Below, one piece after another: positions 1 through 14,683 of a stretch of 64,000 nucleotides of DNA. A model generated the notes under the pieces. That model was given only the letters and a program-made list of their open reading frames with translations, made no database searches and had not been told where the DNA came from. Origin of the DNA: Antedon mediterranea (taxonomy: Eukaryota; Animalia; Echinodermata); the NCBI RefSeq assembly GCF_964355755.1, contig NC_092673.1:25851648-25915647 (forward strand), given 5' to 3'. Made by a program: the position numbers and the translations under genes. The stretch's first letter is position 1. Each line of letters starts with the position of its first letter.

Positions 1-465
1 ATAGTAATCACCTAAACTAGTATTAATAAACTAAAAGTACTGTATTTTCAACTTAGAAACTAGTTATCAACTAAACAAACCTAGTTAAATCAACTAAACT
101 AAAATAGTAATTAACGAAACTGAATTAGTAACATAAACTAAACTAGACTACTAATCAATTAAACTAGTAATGAACTAAACTAGACATCAACTAAACTAAA
201 TTAGTAATCAACTAAACTAGTATTAGTAATAAACTAAACAAACCTAGTTAAATCAACTAAACTAAATAGAACGAAACTGAATTAGTATTGTAATATAAAC
301 TAAACTAGTAGTACTAATCAACATTGTAAACTGGTAATCAACTAAACTAAATTAATAATCACCATACACTAAAGTAACAAAACAAAACTAATAATCAAAC
401 TAAACTACTAGTCAACTAAATTAAACTAGTAATCAATGAAATTAAAACTAGTAATAAACTAAATT
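1..465. repeat. Degenerate AT-rich tandem repeat (AACTAAACTAGTAATC-like)
   Basis: Recurrent aactaaacta(g)taatc motifs throughout the interval. Confidence 0.8.
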
Positions 466-871
466 AGTTTGCTGTGCATTGAAACAATTGTTTTCACATG
501 CACTGTTTTACTATTTTTCGATCACTACACCTACATATTATTTGCACAAACTCCCTTTTTGTTAGCTACTACCAGCTGAGCTTTTACCATTATTTATTCA
601 TTAATAGGTGGTTTGTTTGTTGGCCTCTATTGCTTTGTGTGGAGAACATTCCCTTGTTTATATTGTAACCCGTATGTATAAGATTTGATATATTCATTAC
701 CTGCCACATATTCTGTGCCAATCATACTGACGAGTTTAGTATTCACATTCATTACTGATGCCTGCAAATTTTACAACTTCCACTTGTCTATTTATCATGC
801 CACATATTCAATATTTTTCAATAAATTCTTCTATTGCAATTTTAAATATTCTGGTAAACCACCATAATTAG

Positions 872-2325
872 CTTTGAAGTAAATGACTTGGGAGGCAGAG
901 CCTTCCTCCACTATATGGTCCAGGAGGTACAATATTGTGATTATTTAGGTTCCAAGTGGTCTTAGCATTGTTTTATGAGAGCCCTACAGTATGCCTTAAA
1001 CCCTTCTACACTCTCAAACTTTTTGTAACAACAAATTGTGAGATGTGCCCATATATGGACATGATTATGTCATATCACTACCATATTTGGGCATATCACA
1101 TCAGATCATTATCCAGAATCTCATAGCTCATAGCATTAACACGATTATATCTCTTCCCCACTTCTCTGCTATTCATATTTAAATTGTCCCCTTTTATGCC
1201 ATAAATATATCATGCTTTAAATTACCAAAATTCAAAGCAAGTTTAAACTCATTTCTAACTTTTCATTGTATAAAACAAATCTGCGGTCTAACAGTATGGT
1301 ACTTGCCTTGTAAAATAAGAGGTCAAAGGTTCGAATCTAATTTTTCTTACAATAATATTACAACTTTTTTAATATGCTCAATACAATGAGATCATGTTCT
1401 ACCATTGAGGTATTATATATAACTAGAGAGTTAACTAGGAGACAGCGAGGTAATAGAAACTGAACAGGGATTCCTCAAAATGGTGCAGTTTCAATAATAA
1501 TATATTCAATAATAACTCCACAAGCAGTATTTCTATAAATTGATAATATATAAATGTGCTATGCAAAAATCTAATTTGAATATCATTCTTTAGATATACA
1601 CTGTATAAACAGCTTGGTATGGACGCCAGCTGCTATTAACAGAATATTTGTATTTATTATCCATTACTTTGAAACTAATTTAAATGAGAATGGATTTATA
1701 ATTTTATTCTATGACATTTGATTTACCTTTTCATCTGATTTAAGTCCAGATTTAATGGCTTAGTAGAAGTGTATTTGTTTATTACAAGAAATTGTATTAT
1801 TCATCAGTTTTATGAAGTAAACTCACTCACTAAAACTGCACACAATTTCCTTAGCCCAAAAGAAATTCCTTTTTTAATATCAATGAATTTGGCTTTAGAA
1901 TTTTGGTTTTTCGAAACTTTCCCATTTTCAGAAAGTTAATTGTATTATAGATTCTTGTTTTATGATGTTTTAAGATGTTATAAGCAAATTCTAATTTCTG
2001 TATTGTGAACAAAACATCAACATTTTAGTGACCTTTCATTTTAACTTCATGCACGCAAATACTATTAACATTCATCTCCGCTCAGAAATGTTTGCAAAAT
2101 GACTTTTTGACTAGATAGCTACATACTATAGTCATAAAGTTCAAAAGAGTCTTACCGGTACTAACAATCTCAAAATTCCGATTTGCAATGATGACATGAC
2201 CACACCCACCTAATCCTAAATCCTAACTGAATGTTATGAAATATGAAAAGTGTATGTTAATTCCATTCATTTTGAAAATCTATTTATCTTTTCAGGTAAT
2301 TGAAGTAATTTGTGAACGAGGATAG
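872..2325 (+). CDS. Possible last two coding exons of an unidentified gene entering from the left
   Basis: Exon 872-926 (ttag|...GAG|gtac) joins in phase to 2296-2325 (tttcag|) giving FEVNDLGGRAFLHYMVQEVIEVICERG*. AATAAA follows at ~2673 and ~3054. The first acceptor is weak and the family is not recognised. Confidence 0.3.
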
Positions 2326-5300
2326 CTCTGATGGCGCACTCCAATCTACGAACTGTGGACCAATCAACTTGAAACGTGTGCAATAACATTTACCTGCCAT
2401 TTCCAAAAGAAAGAGTTTTCTTGATTTGATGTACTGGCGTGTCCTACTTCTTTCACTGGTGAGCATTTTGCAGACCATATGTGTAAAGACTGAGTCATTC
2501 CGAGTAACTCACTTGTTTAATTTTATCTGCCCTGCACCACATTGTGGTCTACCTTAAAACCAAATATACTTAGAAACAAATTGTTTCTCAAGAATGCGAT
2601 TAATCAACAACAAAGTAGTTTTTTAATTTTGGCAAACAAACAACTGAAAACAGATTGCCATGTGAGTAGTTAAATAAAAGGTATAGCAACTTTTGTGCTA
2701 CGTGCTACGTTTTAAATATTTATTATATCAGCAGGTTGTTTTTTACACGATATTCAATTATGTAAACTTATAATATGAGGTTCAGGTTGACACAGAAGCG
2801 CGTTGACAATAAAATCTTTTCTTGCGCTACAAGAAACACTAAAAAGAAAGTCCTCAGGAAAAACAGGAATTAATAGCATTTATATACGTACTGAAATGTC
2901 GGTAGAAACATCAGGCACGATTTTTCCTTTGGCTCTTTCTGTTTACAAAAATATAGTGGCATTGTCTCCGAGAAACTTATTAAACCAGTTTCTGCCTCTA
3001 ATACAATTTAATTAAATACAATAGATACCTCTATTCAGTGGACACACTTTCCAATAAACATAGAAGGAATGTATAAATATGTTCAACACTACGACCAGCC
3101 TTTTTCCAGTGGACACAACTTTGTTGGCTCCAAAGTTGTTGTAGTTGTAATAATAATATTTTATTTAATCCTAGAATAACCTAATTATAGTATTTATAAT
3201 TGATTTAAACATTATTCAGAATATTACAGTATGTAATAGACATTATAAAGTTGTTTGTTTTTTTATTTAAACATTTTCACATTTTTCTGTCCTGCTTTAT
3301 TACCCCACATCACTTCTAAATAAAGTCATAAATATTTTAATCCGGGTTTTTTTGTATATGACATCAAATTTAATGGGGCCATATTGTTGACTATTAAATT
3401 TATATTTAAGCTAAATATAAGAAAAACATTTTAAAATAAGAAAAGATGTTAATAATAATAATTTAATAAATATTTACATAAATCGTATTTTGGATATATA
3501 TTTATTAAGTATCAGTGAGTTGTTATTTTGTGTAGCGACATTAACAGTGATAGACTATCATGAAATTGTGTCGTTTTTTGATATGCTTAGAGAGAGGACT
3601 ATCAGTGCAATGTTTGTTTTAACTCATACAACTCTTTTAACTTTTTATTTGAACCAAAACAATAATAAAAATTTGCATTTTCTTACACATAAATAGGACA
3701 TAACCACATCGTGACTGCAGTCTGTAGTATGTACCAAAAAATTACAAACAATATAGTCTTAAAATTGAATGTAAAATGATTCATTTTGAAATTTAATAAA
3801 AACGAGAATATCGTGCACCAAGAAAAGCTCTAAAACATATGTTACGTTAACCCCCTCTCCCCTCTCCCCACCTCTGGATACCCTCCCCACCTCGATTTTC
3901 TGAATTGTGGATCTGCGCCTGATAATCTACCATGGAAAGGTTATGACTTTAAAAATTGTGAAACTTTGCGAGTTCACTTTTATAGTCTGAACTATATAGT
4001 TTTACAACTTTCTGCCTACCCACATTATTAAAATGTGGTGTCTCTTGAAAGTATGTTGTCCTCGGCTAAGCAAGGTCGGTCGTATGGGCAAGCGCCAATA
4101 TGAATTAGATATACTGGTACGCTAGTGATGCATCGTTGCCAATTTACTACAAAAGCATAAATCAAGAAAAACGTTTCTTTAATCGAGGCTGAAATTAGCT
4201 ATCTTTAATTAGGCCAGGGTAGAGTGGTTCTTCCCTGATTAGGCCTATTTTTTATGCATAAGTCATTACTATACAGATAGACACCAGGGAATCAACATAA
4301 TCAACCAGGGACATTTGACCAGGGAATAGTGCAATTCTTCCCTGGTCCAATTATCAAATTTTGTGTTTGTTTTTAGCTATAATGTACCATGTGATATATT
4401 TATGTCATGCATGTCAAAGCGAAACTGTATTCGGTTTACAAAACCAACATGATCTTGCAGTGAATCATTTAACCTATATAGCCTTCGGAAATTATACATT
4501 AATGTATTGGTATTATTCGTATTGAATCAAACCCCCTCTCCTGGGGGTTCAATCAGATCAAATTGTTGAATAGATAGGCCTAATATTAAATTACATTTAA
4601 AAAAAGGTAACGTTTTAACACGCGGTAGATAACATTTCCAATAACATAGTTTTCCGATAATCGATTTTGGATTTGTATACTAATTTTTGCGATGATCCTT
4701 GTTGATTACTGTATTAAATGATATCACTTGATGATAATACTAAGTCCCATGTTAAGTACAAGCACAACAGGGATGATTGATATTAACACCTGCGGCACTA
4801 GTACTTAGTATAGGACCAGTGAGTATCGACTGGATGATTCGTAGCAGCTCAAATATCTAGATTTGTGAAGCTGGACTCTTGTAACGATGTCTTGCAGGAG
4901 AAGTAAAGACGTTGGACGTAGGAGACAACAAAACTATTATGTCCATTAGAAAGAACCAACAGTATGCGTATACGGTTGCATATTTTACGAATTCAGACTT
5001 TTTACATTTTTATCGATATTGTGTTATCACTGGAAAGAAATATTGACCGTAGCATAGAGAAACTGCGTGACTGTACAGTAGCATTGTTCAACAGGTCCCT
5101 CAGTCAACTATTAATACATATACAGTCTGCTTTGCCGTAAACCATGTTATTCTAAAAAGAGTAAAGTAAAGTTTGCATTCGCCATGCACATTTTTAAACA
5201 AAAGCAGGTCCTACCTAAAATAACGGTAAAACAACAAGTTTAATAATAATAATAAATAATTAATATTTGTACACATAATGCAGGATATCTAATTATTTAT

Positions 5301-5464
5301 CTTACTCGCATGGATTCACAATAACGGTACGCTAACGAAATATCTCTTGTGCACGTAAAAGTCGTGTCATTAACGGTATAACACACATCCACTAACTACA
5401 GTTAAACACATAAAATTAAGATTTAAAAAATATCCCTTGTAATATTTAAACAAAAAATGTTACT

Positions 5465-5653
5465 TTAAAAGGAAAACTGAGAAGAACTGTGTCCGGAGCT
5501 GGCCATTGATGCATATCTCGAATTTTGAAGACTTGTAACCATTGGAGGTATAACTGATGCAACCTGTGGAAAGATGTAGCCGAGGCCTAGAAGTAAGAAA
5601 GTGCAGACACGCATCAAGAGCAGCAGGAGGAGCAGACGTTGCAATGGAACCAT
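5465..5653 (-). CDS. Possible 62-aa small hydrophobic (secreted or membrane) protein
   Basis: caccATGg Kozak context, Leu-rich N-terminus (MVPLQRLLLLLLLMRVCTFLLLGLGYIF), TATA-like TATAAG ~70 nt upstream, locally higher GC. No homolog recognised. Confidence 0.3.
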   Translation of the reverse strand: MVPLQRLLLLLLLMRVCTFLLLGLGYIFPQVASVIPPMVTSLQNSRYASMASSGHSSSQFSF

Positions 5654-6517
5654 GGTGAATGATGATGGCACAACAAAGGCTGTTTTTCGAATGACACACC
5701 CTTTAATAGTAGCCTACCCTTATAAGTTTCCAACGCTGGTCACATGCTAAAGTGTAATTAAATATTACGATCTATCTATCAATAGTCGTCACGTTGCGCA
5801 TCATATGAATTGCATGTTTTTATATATATATCGTGCCAAGTCATCGTGAACTCATTTTTAAGAAATGAAAAATATCATCCGGCATATTGCCTCGATTTCT
5901 AAGCCAACTATCACAGAGCCAATACTTCCGCCAATGAGCTATGCTCGACGCGATTATGAGATCATATCTCGAATATGAGCACTGTTTCAATTTAACAGAG
6001 TGATTTACATATAATATCAAAGGGAATTTGGTTACCATAAACCATATTTTAGACCTGGTATAGATTCACCATTACTTTGATGTTCTGGACTACCTTTCAT
6101 TCATGACTATATAATACAAAATAAAGCATAAATGACAGAGATGACAACATTAATTCTTCAGTAAATATTTAGAGCATTGTAATTACAGTATATAGAGCTG
6201 GCAGGTGGTTGTGCCGTACACTTGCTAATTAGTTATGCATGACTTGCTGGCCTTATGTGAATTCCTAACGTACCGTTTTGTATGCAGGAAGAGAGAAGCT
6301 ACAAGTTACTGTCGCGTTGTTCATCATTAGTATGAATCTTAATGTCGTTAATTGTAAGCCTACAGTAATCATAATATTTGCTATGAGTTTGTGAAGTAAG
6401 GAAACTGACCACCGGAATATATCCGTGAGTATCGTAAACTGCTGGTTTTTATATGTATTCCTTTTAGGACTATTCGTAAGATCACTGATCACACCCATGT
6501 ACTCAGAGCCTTGGTTC

Positions 6518-6655
6518 AAGCTCTGTATACGCTATAAAAAAATGTGTGCCCAAATTTGGTAGTGATATGCCCAAATATGGTAGTGATATGCCCAAATATG
6601 GTAGTGATATGACATCACCATGTCCATTATGGGCACATCACATTTTTTGTCACAT
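6518..6655. mobile_element. Partial copy of abundant MITE family A (end AAAGCTCTGTCTACACTATCAAA)
   Basis: Shares internal gcccaaatatggtagtgatat repeats with the copies at 31678, 39467, 48382, 49100 and 53401. Confidence 0.75.
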
Positions 6656-8739
6656 AGGCCTAATTTGTATAAGTGTAGACAGCTTTAGAGAGACCGGCAC
6701 AACGATTGGAGTGTCGAACTATACCGAACTTAGTGCACTGTGTAGGCTACTCATTGGCAAATCAAGGAGACCTAAAAAGACCGTGAATATTAATTTTTAA
6801 TTACTATATTAAATTACAGAATTACGGCAGGTTTCGCTTTCCTTCCAACGATTAATGTTTGTTTAATTTCGTGAACCAATAACGACGTATGCCAGCCGAT
6901 AAAAACTGTTTGTAGTTTGTACATATGATTTTTGTTTAATTAATTTATGTTGATGGCGTGCAGTTTATACATTAAAGCGCAAATTGTTCAACATAAATTT
7001 CATTATTTGTTACGATTTGATTGGAAGAAAAAAACAAAAAATGTTTGGTTACGTAATAATAACTATTTTAATACTTACCATATCAGGAGTTAATGTTACA
7101 GAAAAGAGTCGTTTTGACATTATAAATACACAAGTACGGTAGTAGTCCAGATATATGTTTATTTCTGGTAATGAAACAAACAAACCATCCTCTCTATAAT
7201 GGTGATCATGTGGTGGCGGATATGCGCTGTCGAGCATGTGACGGCTATTTCGAACTTTAGCAGACATGTTAATGTGTTTAACAAGTTAATAAATGAAATA
7301 ATAGTTCGACTGGAAAAATAATTATTATTGATGTGTAAGGTATTTTAGGCCTATATAAAGAAACATTAGTTTAAAAGAATGTATTGAATAAAGTTTCTGA
7401 AAAGGGAACAAATAAATTTTAAAAATAAAGAAACATTTAATGTTATAAAATGCCAGTATTATGTATTCTGTCCTGTCCTGTCCTGATTCTTTTTACCGAC
7501 CCGTTTCGTAGATAGTTGTTTTGTTAACTAATGTTACATAATACTTTCTATATGCCATTATTAATTATTATTTGCAAGATTATGTTTTAAATTTAGTGAA
7601 TTTATACTTTTGAAAGTAGTCGCTAACAATGATAAGTTTTGAGAACTCTTTTTTTTTTTTTTCTTTTTTGTGGCGTTAACCACTATTTTATTCATTTCAT
7701 TCTCAAATGATCAATACAATGATTTTACACTTCATCCAAATATATATTCCCTTGTTATTCTGTTCTGTTATTTTCTTGTACTTTCTTTTATCTTTAGTAC
7801 GATTTGATCGAAACAACTCGGTCAAATATATATATATATATACTTTATACTTTTATATGTATTATCCACTTTTTTCATTATTTTCTTTTATTTTAACTAT
7901 TCCTTTCTACAATAGGTCTATGTCTCTGTACAAAACACACAAGTGCATATATTCGAGTATATGATTGCACACATGCATACATACATACCCACGACAAAGG
8001 TATATAAATAAATAAATATTTACAATATATAAAATGCAATACAATTATTATTCTTAATTCTTTTTTTTTTTTTTTTTTACAATAAGAACATAAATAAAAA
8101 TATAAAATTCAAATAATTATAGTAAGCTTAAAAAAAAAATCTTTCCTTACTCTTGTGTTTTAGTTTTATGTCTCATGGTTATATTTGTTGCTTACTTATA
8201 TGTTACGTTTCGTTTTGTTTTTAATATTTATTTCATTTATTTTCATTTTTTTTTTTTTTATATAATTCTATATAAACCTCTGTAGAATATACCGTATTAT
8301 AATAGTCGGTTAAGGTATAACCTATTATTTTTTTCTGCCAAAAAGAGGCGAGAAAGTGAACCATAATTCCATTTCTTTACTTTCTTCAAAATGTGTGCTT
8401 TATAGATACAGAAGCATCCAAGAGAGAACATGTGGTCAACAGAACTCTTTTTTTTTGTTGCCACAGCTGGTGGTGTTTTCGAGAAAAAAAAAAGATGATA
8501 TTTGTGATAACATTAATTACGTTACGTTACGTTACGTCATAACAGTACCAATACCGGTATATAAGACTACCGTACAATAATGTATGATAAACACTTAAAA
8601 TATCAATATAGATGAATGGTACCAATACCTGCGATGGTGAAAATAATGAATAGAAGATGATTAAATGACCCAGATAGTTCACCATGATGACGTATGAAAT
8701 ATTTACTTATACCTTATTAAGCAGCAATGTACAGGTAAA

Positions 8740-8880
8740 GTATGACGTCATTCTTACCTGCGGCACTACTACTTAGTAGAGTACGAGCAATAATGAACTT
8801 TCAACCAATCACCGCGGGCCTCCTGTATGCGTGTAAATAGCCAATCACGATCTCGGATACAAAATCGGTTCAATCAGAAA
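8740..8880. promoter_or_regulatory. Promoter-like element (CRE palindrome plus CCAAT boxes)
   Basis: TGACGTCA at 8743-8750; two CCAATCA boxes at ~8805 and ~8841 plus a TCAATCA at ~8870. No gene confidently assigned. Confidence 0.3.
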
Positions 8881-10250
8881 TAATATAAAACGAATACTGT
8901 AATTAAGGATGCAACGACTCATGATTTGAACTTAATAAAGTTCATAAATGAAATGTTCGAAATGAAAACAAACGTATAGCCTAGTATTGTTAATGAATGA
9001 GTAACCGGACATGCGGTAAAGGTGTAAACCAAAATACTATAGTCTAATTATTACAATTTTTGATATTTCAGGAAGTTAAACAATGTGGCTATGACTGTTA
9101 TGACAACGAATAATGTGATGTAATAGGAATAATGTATTGCAATTCACGCAGTATTGTGAGTATGTATAACAGCAATCAACAAAATGCGTCATCGATATTA
9201 TTTACGAGGCGATCTTGAGTAAGGTGTTTATATTTTTAAACAAAGCGTCTTATCATTTGAGAAGTCGTGTTTTTGTTGAAAACGGTGCTCTCTTTACTAC
9301 TAAGTTGTGCAATCGTTATAACGGACATGATACAGTGTTACAATGCCCATTATCACGGTCACATGACCTTGTAGAAAACGTACCTGGGAAAAACCAACCA
9401 GCTGATCTGCTGAATTTAATTATTTTTTTGCCTGTAACTTCACAAGAACGAAATTGGCACATTTAGAAAGAAAATGTTGTGAAAAGATACATACTAAATT
9501 TACGGTATCTTTTGCATGCATCGACACTAGAGATTTTTATTTTCCAATAACATTTTGACATTCATTTGATTTGAGTCATGTATTATTTATCTATTTTCTC
9601 TGTATCAAACACTCATTGTGTTCCATGCCTAGCAGTCAGCCTATGAACTACATGTTACTCTTCACAAACCAAAAATGTTTACATCTTGAGATTGGTATTG
9701 ATGTTATTATGCTATTTTAAATACAAACTGAGCAGGCCTATGCCTGCAGTAACATTCTGATTAAATACGCAACAGAAATGATGGGATTCAACGGGCGCCA
9801 GTACGCACATTTCTGAAGTAAATCTGAATTAGCCGAAGTCTAGATTAAGATTCAAGTTTTTTATAAATCGGAGAAAATGTTCCCACAAACTGTATAAATT
9901 AATAGTGGTTGGGTATCTACCCGCCCCCGTTAATAAAATGGTAGAGTCCAAACGACAACTTTCAAAAATATATTCAAATCATAATTTGTGCGGGTCTGTG
10001 GTTTATACAATGACGGTTTGGTTACATTGAAATTGACGCCATTATGTCTATGACGACTAGATAAAAAAAAATCTTCAATATTATCTCCTAAATAAAAATA
10101 TATTATCTGAGCATGGAGAAAAATTACTTAGTCCATGGAGGTATAAACATTTATTTTAAATAGATTCTATATTTATATAGGTATTATTGTATTACGTTAA
10201 ATCATTTTTAATCAATCTATTCTGATCATGCTCATTGTCCACATGCATGA

Positions 10251-11040
10251 TTTACCGGTATAATGGATATAATAGGTCCTAAATGGTAAAATAATAAGCT
10301 TAGTCTTAAACTGTGAATTATTGGTTATATAACATTTTATAATTTTCATGTTAAATTTTATAGTATATTACCAGTATAATAACATGGTTTACCGGTATAA
10401 TGGATATAATACTTAATAGGTCCTACTTGGTCAAATAATAAGCTTAGTCTTAAACTGTGAATTATTGGTTATATAACATTTTATAATTTTCATGTTAAAT
10501 TTTATAGTATATTACCAGTATAATAACATGGTTTACCGGTATAATGGATATAATACTTAATAGGTCCTACTTGGTCAAATAATAAGCTTAGTCTTAAACT
10601 GTAAATTATTGGTTATATAACATTTTATAATTTTCATGTTAAATTTGATAGTATATTACCAGTATAATAACATGGTTTACCGGTATAATGGATATAATAG
10701 GTCCTGCATGGTCAAATAATAAGCTTAGTCTTAAACTGTAAATTATTGGTTATATAACATTTTATAATTTTCATGTTAAATTTTATAGTATATTACCAGT
10801 ATAATAACATGGTTTACCGGTATAATGGATATAATAGGTCCTGCATGGTCAAATAATAAGCTTAGTCTTAAACTGTAAATTATTGGTTATATAACATTTT
10901 ATAATTTTCATGTTAAATTTTATAGTATATTACCAGTATAATAACATGGTTTACCGGTATAATGGATATAATAGGTCCTGCATGGTCAAATAATAAGCTT
11001 AGTCTTAAACTGTAAATTATTGTTCATATAACACTTTATA
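10251..11040. repeat. Tandem repeat, ~137-143 bp unit, about 6 copies
   Basis: tttaccggtataatggatata recurs at ~10251, 10388, 10532, 10676, 10813 and 10950. Confidence 0.95.
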
Positions 11041-13664
11041 ATTTAATTTGTACATTTATATTTTAGTACATTTCAATTATGTTGCAAGGAAAGAGATATT
11101 GCGATTTAACCAGCCAATCGTAACCGTTTGGGCGGAAAGTCTAAAAGGGCCAGAAAATATAGACGTTCACCTAATGTTATAAGTTCAATACGTAGGACTT
11201 AAGATTAAAACTCTGGTTTGTGTTAGCATTTAAAATAAAATAAATAAAATAATTTGGTTTTAAGATATCAATAAATTATTTGAATTTACTCTCGTGTCAG
11301 AAATATATCAGTAGGCCTACTGAGGATATAACATATTTTTAAATTGTGCATATGACAATCCATAAAATAGGCCTATACAAACCAGTGTGTATTTAATATT
11401 ATTGGTAATAAACCTGTGAACGACTTTTTAAACTTGTAAATTAAATCAACTTACCTGAACCAATACTTGAAAAAAAAACCGCTGACAATTGTAAACATTT
11501 ATCGCTTCAACGAAATGGTCCTGATGTGCTATTACATTTTATTAGTAGTAATATTTGTCAACTTGAATGCTGATAAAATCACTTTGATGTATCGTGACTT
11601 CTGCTGTACTGTCCGTGTAGACCAACCGAGGCACTCAAAGGTTGTCAAATACTTTTTACAACCGTTTTCGAATGCTATATACCCATTGAATACCAGCACA
11701 TGGTATATGCGGGCGCGTGCGTTATTATTATTTAAAGTGACTGCATAATTTTCTCTCGGAATTGATATCAGTTAGTTATACAAACTGCACTCTAATAGTA
11801 TGGAATTTTAACCCGTATATTCTAGGTCTTTGTTTGCGCGATCAGAAAAAGATGCATTGAAATTTGACCCACAACAATACAAATTAATAGATGGATACTT
11901 TTAATTATCCTTTAATTAAACTAATGTGTTATTAATTAATGCTAAATAATTAAGTATCGATTATGTAACAATTAATTTATACCAGATACAGTGGTGGAAA
12001 TTGAATGACAAAAGACGACACGCGTCGAAAAGGTCGCGTGCCAGTTCTCTTTGTTATATTATATATGGTCTAGGCCTAATCAAAGTAGTACATTGATATT
12101 ACTAGCATGGGTGATTTAAGTCAATTCAATTTAGTTAAACTTTATTTTACCACGGATGCCCAGAACTACTAACGGGGTCGTACACATACAAAAATACAAT
12201 TTTAACCATTAAATATTATGTACAGTATATATAAAGTATCCGGGAAGAGTGAAATTACAATTACTTAATAATTAGTAATTTCACTCGTCACTGAAAGATA
12301 TAGTCTAAATATATTATTGTGTTAAGTGTTTGTGTTTATTCGATTGTTTGCGTTAAAACACAAGATTATTCCATTCAAGTGTAGGCCTATACCATTATAA
12401 TGCAAGGCTACCAGAGTACTATTTAAAAGGGCATAGGCCTATGTATTATTTTGTTCCTGAGTATAAAAAAGATGCTTTCCCAATTCTGACGTAATTTGTA
12501 ATTCATTTTTGAACATTTTATTTATTTTTCTGTTGATGTTGCCACAACGGTGACCTTTTTACCTGTTTGTTTATGTAAACGAGAATCATTTAAAAACATC
12601 TCTGACGTAATACACCAACGTAATTTTATTCTTTAGATGATATCAAATCAACAATATTTAAAAATCAATAGTGTATGTATGTTCAGTGTATTTATTTTAT
12701 TTATTTAACTTTATACAGGATTACACAATCAGGTAAAAGAAACCTGTTTTGCATTGGTAGGCCTGTAGTTTACAAATACTGTAATGACGATCCAGGATTT
12801 TGAAACAGAGACAACTTCTGTGGCGTGTGGAGGGAGAAGAGATAGCAAAATTGTCAAATGAAAAGCTTGACTGAATCTAATGTCCTATTTGAAGTGCAAT
12901 GTTTAATTAGGGAGGGGTGGGGTGGTGGTAGCTGTGGCCCTCTCTGTCCATCATAGGCGGACCTACATACAAACCAGGGAGAAATTGGCCCCAACGAACG
13001 CGCACTTGCCAAATCTAGCATATCTTGACCCATTTAGCATTAAGCAATAATGCTTAGACATAATTTTTGAAAAATCTAGCATAATGTGGCATAATTCGGA
13101 AAAACTAATTTTCAAGGCTTAATGTTTTCTTTCTTTTTAGCATTTTATAGAAACAAAATAGCATATGCCTGATTTTAACGAAATCTAGCATAATTTGACC
13201 AAACCCCGATGAGCTGTTTTGGTTTTTGTTTCCACTTTATTGGTACTTAGGCCTATCCATATCGAGATTTAGGTGAAAATTGTGCTAAATTAATAATTGT
13301 GTCCAGTATGTCGTCTGGCACAATTTTATGCTGCCATCTAGCTTGTTTTTTTCATCACTTGCCACAAAACGTATGCGTCTATTATTATTTGAATTTGCAA
13401 ACAAAGGAATGTGATTGCAGGCCTAATGCATTATTATGGTATAAACAATATTATTAATATCAAAATTGATTTTGATTTGTTTTTATTCGGTTTCAACTTA
13501 AGATTACAAGCCAATATGAAGACAAACAATGTACAAGCAAATACATTAAATTAGAAACCAAGTCAGAAAGTCGAAAGAAAAATCAACTTATTCCAATGGG
13601 GTCCTTTAATTAAAAACAGCATAGACAATAAAAACAAACTGAACAAACAAACACGCATAAAAAT

Positions 13665-13802
13665 AATATATGGCAGAATATTTATTATATGTCAGAAGAT
13701 TTAATATATGGCAGAAGATAATACTATATGGCAGAAGATATAATATATGGCAGAAGATAATTATATATGGCAGAAGACATAGGCCTAATATATGGCAGAA
13801 GA
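13665..13802. repeat. Minisatellite, ~20-22 bp (atatatggcagaagat)
   Basis: About 7 imperfect copies visible. Confidence 0.85.
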
Positions 13803-14683
13803 GGTGTTGAATAGACGCCTAGTTGCTAGTTTTTCACAAATGAGGATATTTGCTCCGTTCACACTATTCGTTCTTTGTTGTATTTGAATTTAATGATATC
13901 ATGAAAACGATGAAGAAGGTCATGTGAACATGCCTTATGGAATTTAACAGTGTTATTGTTTTCATTTTACACTTTTGTTACAATAATACAGTTTAGAATA
14001 TAAAGGGTTACTATTCAGTGTCTACACAACCTTCCCCGCCTCTACCTCTACTACTTTCTCGAATCCTTCTCCCAGCTCCAGTTCCCACATACTAAGATCA
14101 GAACTCAGATTAAGTTGCAGAATATTTTGGCGGGAAAATTGGGACTACTTACTTAGGCATATATTCACTTTTCCCTGGTTTTGGTATACTTCGAAAAATT
14201 ACATAAAAAGCTAAGGCTGGGCTGTATATATAATGTATAATAATCTTACTATCATAATTATTTGATTATAAAAAAAAACCAACTCAAAGTTCATCGTTAT
14301 AATCAATATACATGGGACTCCTTTGAACCACAAAAATATCCTATTAGTATTAATATTCAGTATCAATTTATTAAACTCTGGCCTATGGGTTATTTCATGA
14401 ATGTTGGTCGTTTTCAAACATATATATTTTTTCACGCTCAAGGTATTCCATAATAGAGAGTTCACTGAATAGGCTACCGTATAGCAATAGGTATAAATTA
14501 TTGTGATTATGATTATATTCAATAAAGCATGACATTTAAACATGGATAGCCTGCTCTCGTTCATAGAAAGGTCTTGGTGGTGTTGAAGGCATATCCTTTT
14601 GATCAACAGGTGTCCGGAATTCGTTGAGCTGTTTTGTTTATCATTGAGAAATGATTATTATTATTCCATGCTTTTATTAATCA

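Noticed and set aside
1282-1345. tRNA or vault RNA (GGTTCGAATC B box)
   Set aside because: Degenerate A box and no closing stem; likely a SINE remnant.
12968-14187. One large element with CAGGGA / TCCCTG ends
   Set aside because: The flanks (tacaaac versus gttttgg) do not form a TSD.
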